Origin: a virus | IMG/VR virus record: IMGVR_UViG_3300030419_004857 | Span: 32,001 to 96,000 of that record | Reading direction: 5' to 3' (one strand) | Length of the DNA stretch: 64,000 bases | Part shown: positions 29,575 through 38,758 of the stretch, piece after piece | How positions within the stretch are numbered: position 1 is the stretch's first letter | Layout of the letters: every line of letters starts with the position of its first letter | Notes under the pieces: generated by a model | What the model saw: only the letters and a program-made list of their open reading frames with translations | Database searches by the model: none | Told to the model about the DNA's origin: nothing | Position numbers and translations under genes: made by a program

Positions 29575-32500
29575 ATGGCTATAGGCGACAATTTTGACAC
29601 AACTCCTCCGGGGTATACAAACCAGACCACTGGAAGGAAGTCTGGCCATGGCGTAATTAGTCAGTATCCGGGTCATTATACCGACGACAATCAAGGACAT
29701 CCTTGTAATATAGGATGTGGCTGTAAATCCGCTTGTAGATCTGGAACTGAGTCCGATCCCGCCGCTAGATGCACACTACCCCCAGAGCTAACTATATATA
29801 TTACTAAAGCTGGAAGTAGAACTTCGGCTAGACAGAACATCTCCTCAAACCAATCCACTGAGATAGTACACCTAGTTTATACTAAAGCTTTGGGCGGGGT
29901 TGGCGCTTGGAGAGGTAGAAAATGTTGTCAATTTGACGCAAATGGCAACGAGCTTTGCGATCCATGTGATGTTACTACCGACAAAGATGGAAATAAAACA
30001 GATTGTTCATATAGTGGTCAAGAAGGGACAACACGTAATCGTCCGATATTCCACCCGACGACCGGACAACTGATTGGCCATAGCACTGGTCCCCCCGGAG
30101 GCACTAGAAGAAATGATCTAAATATGCCTGACGGAGATCCGGCTGGTGGTAGATGTCTTCAAGATGGAGACACTCCAAATCAGTTTATGGCTTGTAGGTC
30201 TTATACAGATGCCAATTTCAACAATCTTTATGGACAAGTGAATTTTGAACAGTGTCATAACGGATTTTGTATTGATGGTGCTGGAAATGTTTTGGGTTAT
30301 GATAAAAGAGCTTGTTGTGCTGGTGGATTTACTTGGAAATATCCCCGCTGCTTAGACAGTTCTGGAAATCCGGTTGGTGGTAGCTGTGCAGGAGATGCGT
30401 TAGATGGTTCGGATTGTAGTACTAAATCCGAGTGTGATTGTACGTTAGCAGAAGGCTGCGCGTGGGTGGAGGAATTTGATGAATGGGAATGTTCTGCGCA
30501 GTATAAATCTAGCGGATACACATGGTCTCATAGCTGGATTACTGACCCCTCATCCGCAGATGTAAACGAATGTTGTGGTGGTCAGATTATTTCTGACAAG
30601 GCCCCATCTCATCAACCTGCCGTATCTGGTGGTGGAGGTGAAGGATCTTTAGAGAAAGCAAAGGGGCAGCTTACCTGTATTACTCCTTATAAGGAATATA
30701 TTCTTATACCCGGCGGCGCGCCTAACTTTCAATATGGGTGTAAAGCTGTAGACAATCCAACTCCAGAAGTTAGAAATGATCTTGGAAAAGCTGGCTCGGC
30801 AGGCGTATTTACTTTAATTATAAGAGAGTGTAACTATAACGATAATTGTCTTGATTCACCTAGCGCGCAAGATGATAGTTTGATAGGAAAAGAGACCGTT
30901 TTATATATACCAATTGATCAAATGATTAATTGTTCTGATTTTCGTCTTCCATTTGATCAAAGAACTGCTGAGTTAGGAAATCCAGCAGGGTTTTATCCAG
31001 AAGACGTAAACTGGTGTAATGATCCAGACGAAAATCGTGATGGTACTGCGGACATTAACGGAGAAGGATGCTCTCGTTTTTTGTATCAGGAAAGCGGCGT
31101 GATTCGAGATCGTACTATATATGAGAATGGGGCGCATCAGCTACATCAATTAAACTTGCAGGCCCAGCCATTCAAAGCAACAGAAAGTAACCAGTTAACG
31201 GCTAAAAGTTTAGATCAAGCAAGAGCAGATCAAGCAGCCCACTATGGCTGTGTGTGCGGGGCTGGAGTAGATTGCCCAGACTGTTTAATGGACATAAATC
31301 ACGGATTGGCATATTGGTTTGAAAATGATTTTGTTGGCACTGATTCGGCTTGTTCACAAGCCCGAACTCAAATTAAAGGTATTATTGATGGAGCGGCTAG
31401 TGCGAGAGAGGTATGGAGTTGTCATGATGATTGTGGTGACCCGTCTGGATACTTACATTATTGGTCTGGAGGATTAGAAGGTATAATTTATAGTTCGTCT
31501 CTGGTTGGAGACAGCGGTCTTTATACCGGAAGATTGGGCTATTGGGGCGCTACTGGATTATATCCTGCAAACATATATACTCCATATCAGCCTGAAAATA
31601 GTACTCCACCCATTAGCCACACTTTGGATAATTGTTATGGCTCTCATAGAGGGGGAAGATCTGGAGTTGTGGAGTTTGCCAGTAATACTTCTCCCATAGT
31701 GATTAAATCTACCAATCATGGTCTTGTGGACGATGATTTTATCAGCGTCAAGGGGGTTCTGGGCAATTTTAGCGCCAACACCTTGACGCTCGCAGAATGG
31801 AAGGCTATTTCTTGGCAGGATAAGCTGGGAGATGGTTGTGATGGGGAAGAGTGTCCTAAAATCTTTAATCCTCCGGGGCTTTGCGAAACAGCACCGTTTG
31901 ACACCAGCGGACTAGCAAGCGGATCAATAAGTCTACCTTTATGGGTTGTGGAGATTGTAGATAAAGACCATTTCCTCCTAAAGGACTGCAATGGAGATTA
32001 TAGCGATGGAACAATAGATTTTGCGCCCCAGTGCGATTCCACCTTCACCTGTGTAGATTATCTTGCCAACACAGTTGAAGTATGCCCTTGTAATACGCTT
32101 GACAATGTTCCAGATGTGATTTCATCAACCGCCGTTGATCTGTTAACAGATGAAGCTACATGTAAAACTTACGGTTATTGTCAGATTGTTTCGGGGTATC
32201 CAGACCCAAACACTATGATGACCAAGGACGACTGCATAACCCTAGCTAAGAAATATTCTCTATACGACGGAGGCGGAACTGCGCTTAATCCCGCCTTCCC
32301 CGGATCTTGTACAGATGGATGTAATGGAAGCTCCGTTGCTGCATCAGATTATCAAGACTGTATAGCTAAAACCAATAGTGGTTGTCCACCCAATGGGTGG
32401 GCAAATCCAAATTATCATTCCTGCGTGTCAGTTGTTGACAATGTTGCAAACTTTGATGCGTGTTGGTCAGGACACGATTGGAAGCCTGCCTCTACTGCCG

Positions 32501-35500
32501 ATCCATATAAGGATAAGGTTGGTAACTGGCCTGCCTGTCCATTTACCGGAGAGTGGACCCTTTGCGACCAGCTTAACCATGACACATGTACAATTAGAGA
32601 AATGTCTGGATCAAGAGATGGAACAGATCAATATCGTTTAGGATATGATCATACCTCTAAGATTAGGGAAGATCTTGCTAATGGTTACTATGTACAAATA
32701 GATCAAACTGAAGTTTGTCCAGTTTGTTGTGATCATTACATGCCAAAATCTTTAACGGCTACTATTAGCAGTATGTCTTCTCAATCATTAAATGATAGGT
32801 ATTGTCAGACTGATTGTAATGGAAATCTCCCGCCTGTAGTAGCAACAGGATATAAAGTTTTTCCCGGTGCTGATGAACCATATGTTTGTGAACCAGATCA
32901 GAATGGAAATTATGGTTTGGGTTGCGAAGATGGATACACGGGAGGGACATACTGTTGTGATTGTGTGAGCACTCCTGAAGGAGCCATTGCAGGATGTTTT
33001 GATTGTGGTAAAACCTATAGGATAGATTCTGATTGGCAAAAACTTGACGAATTGCCCGGCGCTGATGAACAGTTTAAAACCTGTTGTAGTTGTGATTGTG
33101 AGCCGGGAGATGTTAAAAAACCATCGTGTGAAAAGGATTTTCCCACGTTAGATGACTTCTTTGCTTGCAATGGCTGTTGTGGAGAACATGACGGAAAGCA
33201 AACCGATTGTGAAAATAATGGATGTGCCTATAATGCCTTAGACGGAAGTTGTAACTTGAAAGATGGCTGTGGTGGAACATGTGGTAATTTGTCATGTGAA
33301 GCTGATGACGCTGGTGGTGGTGGAGAGTGTAGAGCTACATACGGATCTTGTTCTGATATTACAACAGAATCAGCTTGTGATGGTGCAAGCGGGTGTAGCT
33401 GGAGTGAAGTTACGCCGGGGTCGGGATATTATACATGCGGTGGAAACATAAATAATGACATTTGTAATACTTATGATGACCCCGACGACTGTAATGATGA
33501 TGACTACTGCAACTTTGTAAATTTCACTTCTAACACTGGCACATGTAAATGTACCCCCTGTACTGGTTTTCCCGGTAGTAGAGATTTGAAGTGTGAAGAT
33601 CCTTTTGTGTGTGGCGGTGGAAACGGTGGAAATAGAGGCGGATGTACAGACACAAATTCTGCCTATTGTTCGGGGGGAATGGGGTTAGATAATCCAGATG
33701 GACAGGGCTGTGGAGACCCCGGCATTCCGGGCGCTGTAGCTGATTGCGTAATGCCCAAAAGAGAATATCATGAGGGATGTCCCGGTTTAGGCACAATTTC
33801 TTTTGATATGGAGTATAATGGGTCGTCGTGGGTTTCTGACTGGGTTGCAATGAATGATGTGGGTAAAAAACAATGTAAGCTCACTAACTATCCTGATTTT
33901 TGTAATGATGTTTTTTGTATAAAAAATGGAAAGGTTGTTATTCCAGCCGGGGGGGCATCTTGTGAGAGCGTTGGTGGGGAACTTAAGCCGGGGTGTCCTA
34001 ATAAGCCAATCGTAGGTGCTGACTGTGGCGCTTGTAGAGAAAAACAGTTTGATGGATATAATTGTGGGCCAGACGCTGATGACTGGCCTACAGGACAAGA
34101 TAATCATTATATCAGAACTGAAATGTATTGTGGAGATCTTGAGGATCAAGAGGCTCTTGTTAGCCATGCTGGCCCGCCTTATGGTGGATTGGTTTCTGAT
34201 GAACAATATCAGGGCGGATCAATGCATTTAAATGCGTGGATAACGACTTGTAAATATCCGTCTTGCGGACCCGGCAATTCTCCTTGTCCCGAGTCTGGGT
34301 GTTTTGGTGACTGTTCTGCCGCGCAAGATGGCTCTGTTCAACTTGTTACAACTGCCCACATACCCGGTGTAAATTGTGGAGCAAGATCGCCATGTGTAGG
34401 GTGTTGTGCATTTATGGAGCCTTTCTGCACGGTTACAGCGGGTGGGGGTTGGCTTTTCGACACAGAAGATTGCCCCCCTCAGACAAAAGGTTGTGGAATT
34501 CCTTGCGATGGGTCTTGTGAAGATGAATTGTTAACTTTGGTCGAATGCAAGGCTAGCGGGTTTGTTAAAAGTCCAAAAGCCCCGATGATATTTAATGTTC
34601 GGTTTGTTGATCATGGAGGAGAAGACCCAACAACTGGAAAAGTTCCGGGCAAGTTAATTGGAATGACTAACGCTCCTGCCTGTAATTGGCCAGCAGGCAC
34701 AAGTGTTAGTTTGGGTGTTTCAGATAGATTAATAGCAGAAACCGGAGGAGGAAGTGACGCTACGCCAATGTATGGTACAACTACTGATATCCTAGCCCTT
34801 CCTCCAAATTACCCACAGGGCACAGTACTGACTCAGGAGATTCCTATAAGCGAATATGACAATAACCTTATAGAACTGAACGTTGAAGATGTTAGAGCCT
34901 TCATGTCATATTCAGGAGCGTTAGATAGACATCTGTGGAGAAATACTAATACCGAACCGTTCCCGTATGGTAGATCCCCTTGGCCAGTCCTCCACCAAGC
35001 CGATACAGGAAACCCACAGGCTCTGAATAACCTTGAAAGAATAGGCAAAAAGATGCTCAGTGGGAGTGCCGCATCTTATGATCCGCAGAATAAAATTGTC
35101 AATATTGAAAACGTTTATGACGGAAACGGAGTTTTCTCTCATATCCTAGTTACTACAGACAGAGATCATGATCTTATTACAGGCGAAAAGATTATATTAG
35201 ATAGGGCTGAATGCTATGCGGCATCTTGCAGTTGCCCCGCTTATGATCCTGTTTCTGATGTTGGGGGATGCAGAAGAGTCGGGACGGGAACGGTGATAAT
35301 TGACGAGGATACTGAAGAAGCTGCTACCTCAGTTAAAAATGTTGACCAAGTCGGATGTCAGGCTCTGGGTGGGACATGGACTCCGTCAACGAATAAACTA
35401 ATATCGTGTCCGAAGGAGTGCGAGGTAAATGGGTGGTTTGATGAGGCTCCATGTGATCCGAATAAGGATAACAAACCGTGTAATTCTCCCAATTGTAGAA

Positions 35501-36162
35501 AGCCCCCCGGAGAACAACAAAAGGTGTGTTACGGCTGCGCTGGCTCTGTTGATGAAACCGCCATTGTTGCTGGTGTAGAAGAAGATCCTATAACCGATGA
35601 TCTCAACGGTTCCTATGTTGTCAAATTCATCTCCAGCAGATCATTTTCTATCCATTATGAGAAATATTTAGATTTTGATCAATACGGTTCGCAAGCTATT
35701 GGCTATGATCCTACAACCAATAACACTACCGGATTGGCTGCAAATACACTCAATGATTCCGATACGTGGAATGATAATGTAAAAGGAACACCGTGGGGCC
35801 ATGAAATTATGGTTGGTCCAGCGGTTGGTCCATTTGTAGATAAAGTAATTGATTGGTCTGGCACAGAGACTGCTGGAGGTGCTAGGTGGACACGTCACGC
35901 AGGAACTTTTAATGTCGTATTGCAAAATTTCGAGTATGTTGATAAACCGGGCACTGCATGCAGACAGGGTAATAGTCAGAATCCGGTAAATCTAGAATGG
36001 GATCTATTTTTTGAAAATGGATGTTGTAATAATAGACAACCTCCAAGAAACTTCGGATGTGAAGATAAGTGCTATCAGGGTGGAGGGCCAATGATAATCG
36101 ATTGGGTGGATAAAGATCAAGATAGAGGAAAAGCTGCTATTCATATAGCTGTAACAGAATAA
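29575..36162 (+). CDS. giant cysteine-rich virion-module protein (2195 aa), possible adhesin or receptor-binding fibre
   Basis: Very high Cys/Gly/Asp content; C..GG.W and C......C....GC.W repeats; two modules like the E1-FCCH-type beta domain of phage tail proteins (SNTSPIVIKSTNHGLVDDDFISV; ILVTTDRDHDLITGEKI). Confidence 0.65.
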   Translation: MAIGDNFDTTPPGYTNQTTGRKSGHGVISQYPGHYTDDNQGHPCNIGCGCKSACRSGTESDPAARCTLPPELTIYITKAGSRTSARQNISSNQSTEIVHLVYTKALGGVGAWRGRKCCQFDANGNELCDPCDVTTDKDGNKTDCSYSGQEGTTRNRPIFHPTTGQLIGHSTGPPGGTRRNDLNMPDGDPAGGRCLQDGDTPNQFMACRSYTDANFNNLYGQVNFEQCHNGFCIDGAGNVLGYDKRACCAGGFTWKYPRCLDSSGNPVGGSCAGDALDGSDCSTKSECDCTLAEGCAWVEEFDEWECSAQYKSSGYTWSHSWITDPSSADVNECCGGQIISDKAPSHQPAVSGGGGEGSLEKAKGQLTCITPYKEYILIPGGAPNFQYGCKAVDNPTPEVRNDLGKAGSAGVFTLIIRECNYNDNCLDSPSAQDDSLIGKETVLYIPIDQMINCSDFRLPFDQRTAELGNPAGFYPEDVNWCNDPDENRDGTADINGEGCSRFLYQESGVIRDRTIYENGAHQLHQLNLQAQPFKATESNQLTAKSLDQARADQAAHYGCVCGAGVDCPDCLMDINHGLAYWFENDFVGTDSACSQARTQIKGIIDGAASAREVWSCHDDCGDPSGYLHYWSGGLEGIIYSSSLVGDSGLYTGRLGYWGATGLYPANIYTPYQPENSTPPISHTLDNCYGSHRGGRSGVVEFASNTSPIVIKSTNHGLVDDDFISVKGVLGNFSANTLTLAEWKAISWQDKLGDGCDGEECPKIFNPPGLCETAPFDTSGLASGSISLPLWVVEIVDKDHFLLKDCNGDYSDGTIDFAPQCDSTFTCVDYLANTVEVCPCNTLDNVPDVISSTAVDLLTDEATCKTYGYCQIVSGYPDPNTMMTKDDCITLAKKYSLYDGGGTALNPAFPGSCTDGCNGSSVAASDYQDCIAKTNSGCPPNGWANPNYHSCVSVVDNVANFDACWSGHDWKPASTADPYKDKVGNWPACPFTGEWTLCDQLNHDTCTIREMSGSRDGTDQYRLGYDHTSKIREDLANGYYVQIDQTEVCPVCCDHYMPKSLTATISSMSSQSLNDRYCQTDCNGNLPPVVATGYKVFPGADEPYVCEPDQNGNYGLGCEDGYTGGTYCCDCVSTPEGAIAGCFDCGKTYRIDSDWQKLDELPGADEQFKTCCSCDCEPGDVKKPSCEKDFPTLDDFFACNGCCGEHDGKQTDCENNGCAYNALDGSCNLKDGCGGTCGNLSCEADDAGGGGECRATYGSCSDITTESACDGASGCSWSEVTPGSGYYTCGGNINNDICNTYDDPDDCNDDDYCNFVNFTSNTGTCKCTPCTGFPGSRDLKCEDPFVCGGGNGGNRGGCTDTNSAYCSGGMGLDNPDGQGCGDPGIPGAVADCVMPKREYHEGCPGLGTISFDMEYNGSSWVSDWVAMNDVGKKQCKLTNYPDFCNDVFCIKNGKVVIPAGGASCESVGGELKPGCPNKPIVGADCGACREKQFDGYNCGPDADDWPTGQDNHYIRTEMYCGDLEDQEALVSHAGPPYGGLVSDEQYQGGSMHLNAWITTCKYPSCGPGNSPCPESGCFGDCSAAQDGSVQLVTTAHIPGVNCGARSPCVGCCAFMEPFCTVTAGGGWLFDTEDCPPQTKGCGIPCDGSCEDELLTLVECKASGFVKSPKAPMIFNVRFVDHGGEDPTTGKVPGKLIGMTNAPACNWPAGTSVSLGVSDRLIAETGGGSDATPMYGTTTDILALPPNYPQGTVLTQEIPISEYDNNLIELNVEDVRAFMSYSGALDRHLWRNTNTEPFPYGRSPWPVLHQADTGNPQALNNLERIGKKMLSGSAASYDPQNKIVNIENVYDGNGVFSHILVTTDRDHDLITGEKIILDRAECYAASCSCPAYDPVSDVGGCRRVGTGTVIIDEDTEEAATSVKNVDQVGCQALGGTWTPSTNKLISCPKECEVNGWFDEAPCDPNKDNKPCNSPNCRKPPGEQQKVCYGCAGSVDETAIVAGVEEDPITDDLNGSYVVKFISSRSFSIHYEKYLDFDQYGSQAIGYDPTTNNTTGLAANTLNDSDTWNDNVKGTPWGHEIMVGPAVGPFVDKVIDWSGTETAGGARWTRHAGTFNVVLQNFEYVDKPGTACRQGNSQNPVNLEWDLFFENGCCNNRQPPRNFGCEDKCYQGGGPMIIDWVDKDQDRGKAAIHIAVTE

Positions 36163-36176
36163 AGAGAGGAATTAAT

Positions 36177-36677
36177 ATGTCTTGTAAAGGATGTGGTGGA
36201 AATCAGCCAACTATAATACCAAGAGGGCTTCCTCAAGGTCCAACTGGCGAAACTACTCAGTGTCAATGCAATTTTCCAGATGGTCAGAATACAATCTTTT
36301 GTGACAGGCATAAGTGTACAAAAACTAAACCCTTGTATCATTTATGTAAATATAGAGAAGACTATTATCAATTGTGGGAGAGCGGACACGGACCAATGCA
36401 AACGGTATCTAAATACCAAGTTGAAGAAGAGCGTCCAACTCCAAAACCAGAAAAACCAAAGAAAACCACTGGGTTTTTTAAAGATGAAAATGAAGATTCA
36501 AAAGCTCAAGGTCTTGGAGATACTATTGCCAAAATTACCGAAGCTACTGGCATTAAGACAGTCGTAGATGCGGTTAGCGAAGCTACAGGAAGAGACTGTG
36601 GTTGCAGACAAAGGCAAAATAAATTGAACGAGATGTTTCCCTATAAACAAAAGAAAACAAAAGGGTTTTTTCAGTAA
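36177..36677 (+). CDS. small Cys-rich protein with C-terminal GLGD...CGC..RQ..LN module
   Basis: N-terminal CKGC, CQC, C..H.C; C-terminal GLGDTIAKITEATGIK...DCGCRQRQNKLN, a module I recognise from aquatic phage hypothetical proteins. Confidence 0.6.
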   Translation: MSCKGCGGNQPTIIPRGLPQGPTGETTQCQCNFPDGQNTIFCDRHKCTKTKPLYHLCKYREDYYQLWESGHGPMQTVSKYQVEEERPTPKPEKPKKTTGFFKDENEDSKAQGLGDTIAKITEATGIKTVVDAVSEATGRDCGCRQRQNKLNEMFPYKQKKTKGFFQ

Positions 36678-36678
36678 T

Positions 36679-36688
36679 GGTGTATAAT
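36679..36688 (+). promoter_or_regulatory. GGTGTATAAT motif, copy 3
   Basis: Intergenic, upstream of the AAGGAG RBS and the ATG at 36719. Confidence 0.6.
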
Positions 36689-36718
36689 ACATTAGATTAT
36701 CTCTAAGGAGACACAAAT

Positions 36719-37429
36719 ATGGCAACAATTAGCTTTTATGCGGGCAGTACCGCAATTAATAACATATCAGGCTCTGGGCTAGGTTTCTTCGGTGGCTCCT
36801 TTGGTCAGTCTGTAGAGATTAATAAGTTTCAGGATACTACCTTTATTACTAACGGCGCTGGCACAACCCAAGCCGGTGCTGCCAACAACATTAAGTATTC
36901 TAGTGATATACTGGCCTTTGCCCCCGGTATTGTTCCAGCAACTGGTCTTAAGTATATTCCTAACGAGAAAGCTACTTGCAACGTAAGATTCACAAACGCA
37001 TCTGCTGTAAAAACGCAAAACGTTAGACTGAGAATCTTCGACAGGACCAACAAAGATCATCCCGCCAGCGGAGTGATCACTAGGGCTGCTGAATTACTTC
37101 ATCCTTCAACTTCATATAGCGTGGAAGGATCTGGAGACGCTACCTTTTGGGGAACTTCTACTCACACGGGGTCAGATGCTCAAGGAACATTCCAAGCCGG
37201 TTCCAATCCAAGTGTAAGACTTCCGGCGGGTGTTTACACGGTTGGCGGTAGTGGTATTATTGTACCTCTAGCCCAGTCTCCGGGGCCAAGTGGATATTAT
37301 GCTGGAGACGGCTCAGCAAATACTGCATCATACACCCAGCATGATTGGTATGTAGCTATTACAGCCTCTCCTGATAGTATCGGGAGCAAGACTCTATACG
37401 GTCTTTATGTAGAGCTTGAATATCTATAA
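36719..37429 (+). CDS. putative virion protein (S/G/T-rich, beta-rich)
   Basis: Strong RBS, own promoter motif, last gene of the + arm. Confidence 0.55.
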   Translation: MATISFYAGSTAINNISGSGLGFFGGSFGQSVEINKFQDTTFITNGAGTTQAGAANNIKYSSDILAFAPGIVPATGLKYIPNEKATCNVRFTNASAVKTQNVRLRIFDRTNKDHPASGVITRAAELLHPSTSYSVEGSGDATFWGTSTHTGSDAQGTFQAGSNPSVRLPAGVYTVGGSGIIVPLAQSPGPSGYYAGDGSANTASYTQHDWYVAITASPDSIGSKTLYGLYVELEYL

Positions 37430-37465
37430 ACGCAAAAATTTAATTGCAGTTGCCTTGGGTGGCAA

Positions 37466-37499
37466 TAAAAAACCCCGGCCTTTCACAGCCGGGGTTTTT
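37466..37499. terminator. bidirectional intrinsic terminator between the convergent arms
   Basis: AAAAAACCCCGGC-ctttcaca-GCCGGGGTTTTT: GC stem with an A-tract before and a T-tract after. Confidence 0.9.
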
Positions 37500-37520
37500 C
37501 ATTCCATCAGCTACCTATAT

Positions 37521-37868
37521 TTACTCTTCCTGTTGGGTTTCTTTATTCCATTTCACCCAGCCACGATCAGGTAGCCAATTGCCTTCCTTGTCCTTGCGTC
37601 TCGGGAAGAGCTTTCCTCCCGTCTTCATAGTGCCGAAGGCGAGCTTTGCGCCGCAATCCAAGCACCGAAGTTCGTAGTAGAGGTTGTCGTCGATGTTCCT
37701 AACTTGGAATCTCAGATTCTCACTACTACATTTTGCACACTCCGACTCATCAAAAATTTCCTGAAAAGTCGCTAGCTGCATAAACAGGTCGGTTTGAGTT
37801 TCGCTGTCAATCTCCACTGTCAGTCTACCGCTTCTGTTAGTGTATTGAACTTTCATTAGTTTCTCCAA
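37521..37868 (-). CDS. Zn-ribbon hypothetical protein
   Basis: CAKC...CLDC motifs. Confidence 0.6.
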   Translation of the reverse strand: MEKLMKVQYTNRSGRLTVEIDSETQTDLFMQLATFQEIFDESECAKCSSENLRFQVRNIDDNLYYELRCLDCGAKLAFGTMKTGGKLFPRRKDKEGNWLPDRGWVKWNKETQQEE

Positions 37869-38758
37869 TCTGATTGATAACCTAAAATATTTTCTGGAAT
37901 GGTATCTGTGTTATTTTGATATCCATTCAAAACCCCAATCATTTTTGTAGCACTCTCTCTTGTTACATCATTAATACTCCTGTAGACCTTTTCGCCAATA
38001 CTTATAAAACCCATAACATTTAAATCTAACTGTTTGCATTTGTTGTCAAGAAAATTGATCTGTTGCGAACTGATTCTGTCATCAGAATTATAGCTGCCAT
38101 CCGTTGTCTTCTCAACACTTCTTTGCACAATTTCCACAATATTCTTCTTTGCCAACTCTTCCGCCGCCAGAACTCGCAACTTCAGAGCCTTCCTGAGCGC
38201 TCTGCCTTCCGCTCTGGTACACGCAGTAGCAACAGGATGCGCGCAGAATAAATCGTCCGTATTTCCATGCCATACGTCAGCAGCTTCACTAAAGGTTTTA
38301 TATACGCCACTGTTCATCCAGTTGAACACCACCTTATATACAACCGTCGCTCTACCCGGACCATCAGAATCCGTAGGAGAATCCACCTGTGTAGGCCCAG
38401 TTTCTACGATGTCTCCAAGAAGAAATTCAGCCACTCTACGCAAACCGGCACAAACCGGATTACCATCGATAAGTTCATTTTTCTCAAAGTGTGACATTAC
38501 ATAATTGTGCCACTCAGGAGAAAAAATAGAGGGGGTGTCATCCTCTTGAACTACATCAGGACCGTCACCTCCAAGAACACCGTCTTCAAACATGTCATCT
38601 TCATGAAGACCAGTTTCTTTCAATACATTTTCTACCGATAACATTTCATCCTCCAAAATTTTTATCAAGTCTTGTTTTACTGCATTAGGGGGGATAGATA
38701 ATCCCATATCCTGTAGAAGTTTTTTCAATTCTTTGACGGTGCTGTCTTTAAAACTCAT
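37856..38758 (-). CDS. putative ssDNA-annealing/recombination protein (Rad52/Sak-like) with N-terminal SAP/HeH-like motif
   Basis: TVKELKKLL...G.......KQDLI N-terminus; GLRRVA...HPVATACTRAEGRALRKAL helix; C-terminal ISSQQINFL motif. Confidence 0.5.
   Translation of the reverse strand: MSFKDSTVKELKKLLQDMGLSIPPNAVKQDLIKILEDEMLSVENVLKETGLHEDDMFEDGVLGGDGPDVVQEDDTPSIFSPEWHNYVMSHFEKNELIDGNPVCAGLRRVAEFLLGDIVETGPTQVDSPTDSDGPGRATVVYKVVFNWMNSGVYKTFSEAADVWHGNTDDLFCAHPVATACTRAEGRALRKALKLRVLAAEELAKKNIVEIVQRSVEKTTDGSYNSDDRISSQQINFLDNKCKQLDLNVMGFISIGEKVYRSINDVTRESATKMIGVLNGYQNNTDTIPENILGYQSDWRN

Noticed and set aside
29575-36162. Eukaryotic contamination or a diversity-generating retroelement target
   Set aside because: The gene is intronless, has an RBS and is embedded in the phage operon. 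I saw no reverse transcriptase or near-identical TR/VR nucleotide repeat pair, though a self dot-plot would be needed to exclude one.
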